Assembly (NCBI RefSeq): GCF_963921235.1
Contig: NC_086097.1
Span: 152,212,001-152,276,000 of the forward strand
Reading direction: 5' to 3'
DNA length: 64,000 bases
Origin: Mobula hypostoma
Lineage: Eukaryota
In this document: positions 62,376 to 64,000 of the stretch, piece after piece
How positions within the stretch are numbered: the first letter of the stretch is position 1
How the letters are laid out: each line of letters starts with the position of its first letter
Made by a program: the position numbers and the translations under genes
The notes under the pieces: model-generated
What the model was told of the DNA's origin: nothing
Databases searched by the model: none
What the model saw: the letters and a program-made list of their open reading frames with translations, nothing else

Positions 62376-64000
62376 TCACCTGAACTCAAAAGGTACTAAT
62401 ATCCTGGCGGGATTGTTTAATATAGCTGTTAGGGAGGGTTTAAACTAAGTTGGCAGGGGGAAGGAAACCAGGGTGTTAGGGTCGAGGAAGAGGAAAATAG
62501 AAATAAGTCAAAAATACTATGCAGCAAAGATGGCAAGAAGGACAGGCCGGTGAATATACAGGATAATTTGCTGCAAAATAGGAATATAGCAAAATCGGCA
62601 ACAGATACTGATCTAAATGTACTGTACTTAAATGCACGCAGCATTAGAAATAAAGTGGATGACCTTGCTGCACAGCTACAGGTTAAAAGATATGACATTG
62701 TGGCCATCAGTGAGTCATGGCTAAATGATGGATGTGATTGGGAGCTGAATATCCAAGGATACACAGTGTAGAGGAAAGATAGGGAGGTAGGTAAAGGGGG
62801 TGGCGTGGCCCTGATGGTAAGTAACAATATCAAATCAATAGAAAGAAGGGACATAGGATCAGAAGAGGTAGAATCCTTATGGGTCGAATTAAGAAATGGC
62901 AAGAGTGAAAAGATACTAATAGCAGTTATATACAGGCCTCCAAACCACAGCCAGGATGTGGACTACAACTTGCAGCTGGACATAGAAAAAGCGTGTCAGA
63001 AGGAAAATGTCAAGATAATTATGGGGGATTTTAATATGCAAGTGGATTGGGAAAGTCAGGAAGGTTATAGATCTCAGGAGAGGGAGTTTGTAGAATGCCT
63101 ACAGGATGGCTTTTTAGAGCAGCTTGTCCAGAAGCCCACCAGTGGACCGGCTGTTTTGGATTGGGTGTTGTGTAACGAACCTGAAGCGATTAGGGAGCTG
63201 GAGGTAAAGGAACCCCTTGGAAGTAGTGATCATAATATGATTGAGTTCAGTTTCAAATTTGAAAAGGAGAAGCCGGTATCAGGTGTATCGATATTTCAGT
63301 GGAACAGGGGAAATTAGTGGTACGAGAGGGGAACTGGCCCAAATCGATTGGAAAAGTAAGCTAAATGGAGGGACGGCAGAGCAGAATTGGATGAAATTCC
63401 TACAAGAAATAAGGAAAATGCAGGAAAAATATATTCCAAGAAAAAAGAAAATCATGAATGGAAAAATGGCACAAATGTGGCTAACGAGAGAGGTTATGGC
63501 AAAAAGAAAAGGAACGGCGTACAAGGAAGCAAAAATTAGTGGGAAAAATGAGGACTGGAAGACTTTTAAAAACTTACAGAAGGAAACTAAGAAAGTCATT
63601 AGGAAAGAAAAGATGAATTATGAAAGGAAGTTGGTGATTAACATAAAAAAGGATATTAAGAGCTTTTTTTAAATATATGAAGAGTAAAAGAGTAACAAGG
63701 GTAGATATGGGACCGATTTAAAATGATGCTGGAGAAATTATAATGGATAACAAAGAGATGGCGGAGGAACTGAATGAGTATTTTGCATCAGTCTTCACAG
63801 TGGAAGACATGAGCAATATACCTGATAGCCAGAGGTATCAGGGAGTAGAATTAGGTGCAGTCAAGATTACTAGAGAGAAAGTGCTTGGGAAACTAAGTGG
63901 ACAAAGAATAGATAAGTCTCCCGGTCCGGATGAGGTGCACCCAAGGGTTCTGAAGGAGGTGGCTTTGGAGATTGTGGAAGCATCGGAAATGATCTTCCAG
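62376..64000 (+). mobile_element. CR1 LINE (ORF1 3' end, APE, linker); continues beyond the window
   Basis: HLNSKGTNILAG..REGLN*, LYLNARSI, ISESW, GDFNM, SDH, DKSPGPD. Confidence 0.92.
62439..62448 (+). promoter_or_regulatory. Candidate -1 frameshift slippery site at the CR1 ORF1/ORF2 junction
   Basis: GGT TTA AAC TAA; the -1 frame is open and AUG-free up to LYLNARS. Confidence 0.55.

Overview
Repeat-dense eukaryotic DNA, most likely from a cartilaginous fish (ray/shark; inferred from HE1-like SINE remnants, HER1/CR1-type LINE tails and Penelope-like elements). I found no intact host protein-coding gene. The window is a layered stack of CR1 LINEs (one essentially full length with an SGNH-esterase ORF1, several near-complete ORF2s), Rex1/Babar LINE fragments, Penelope-like elements (PLEs) carrying minimal type I hammerhead ribozyme motifs, three Ty3/Gypsy LTR elements (CsRn1-like with tRNA-Trp PBS; Gmr1-like with SCAN-type Gag and PR-IN-RT-RH order; a decayed Mag-like copy), and Tc1, Tigger and hAT-like DNA transposons. 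Most notable: (1) three divergent CR1 copies keep an in-phase U_UUA_AAC slippery heptamer directly before the ORF1 stop, with ORF2 in the -1 frame and, in two copies, no AUG before the endonuclease, suggesting programmed -1 frameshifting; (2) an intronless RBM25 mRNA fragment replaces RT/RH/IN inside an LTR retrotransposon; (3) PLE insertions with inverted arms, 12-bp TSDs and hammerheads. Family names come from motif recognition, not database searches. Boundaries of decayed elements are approximate.
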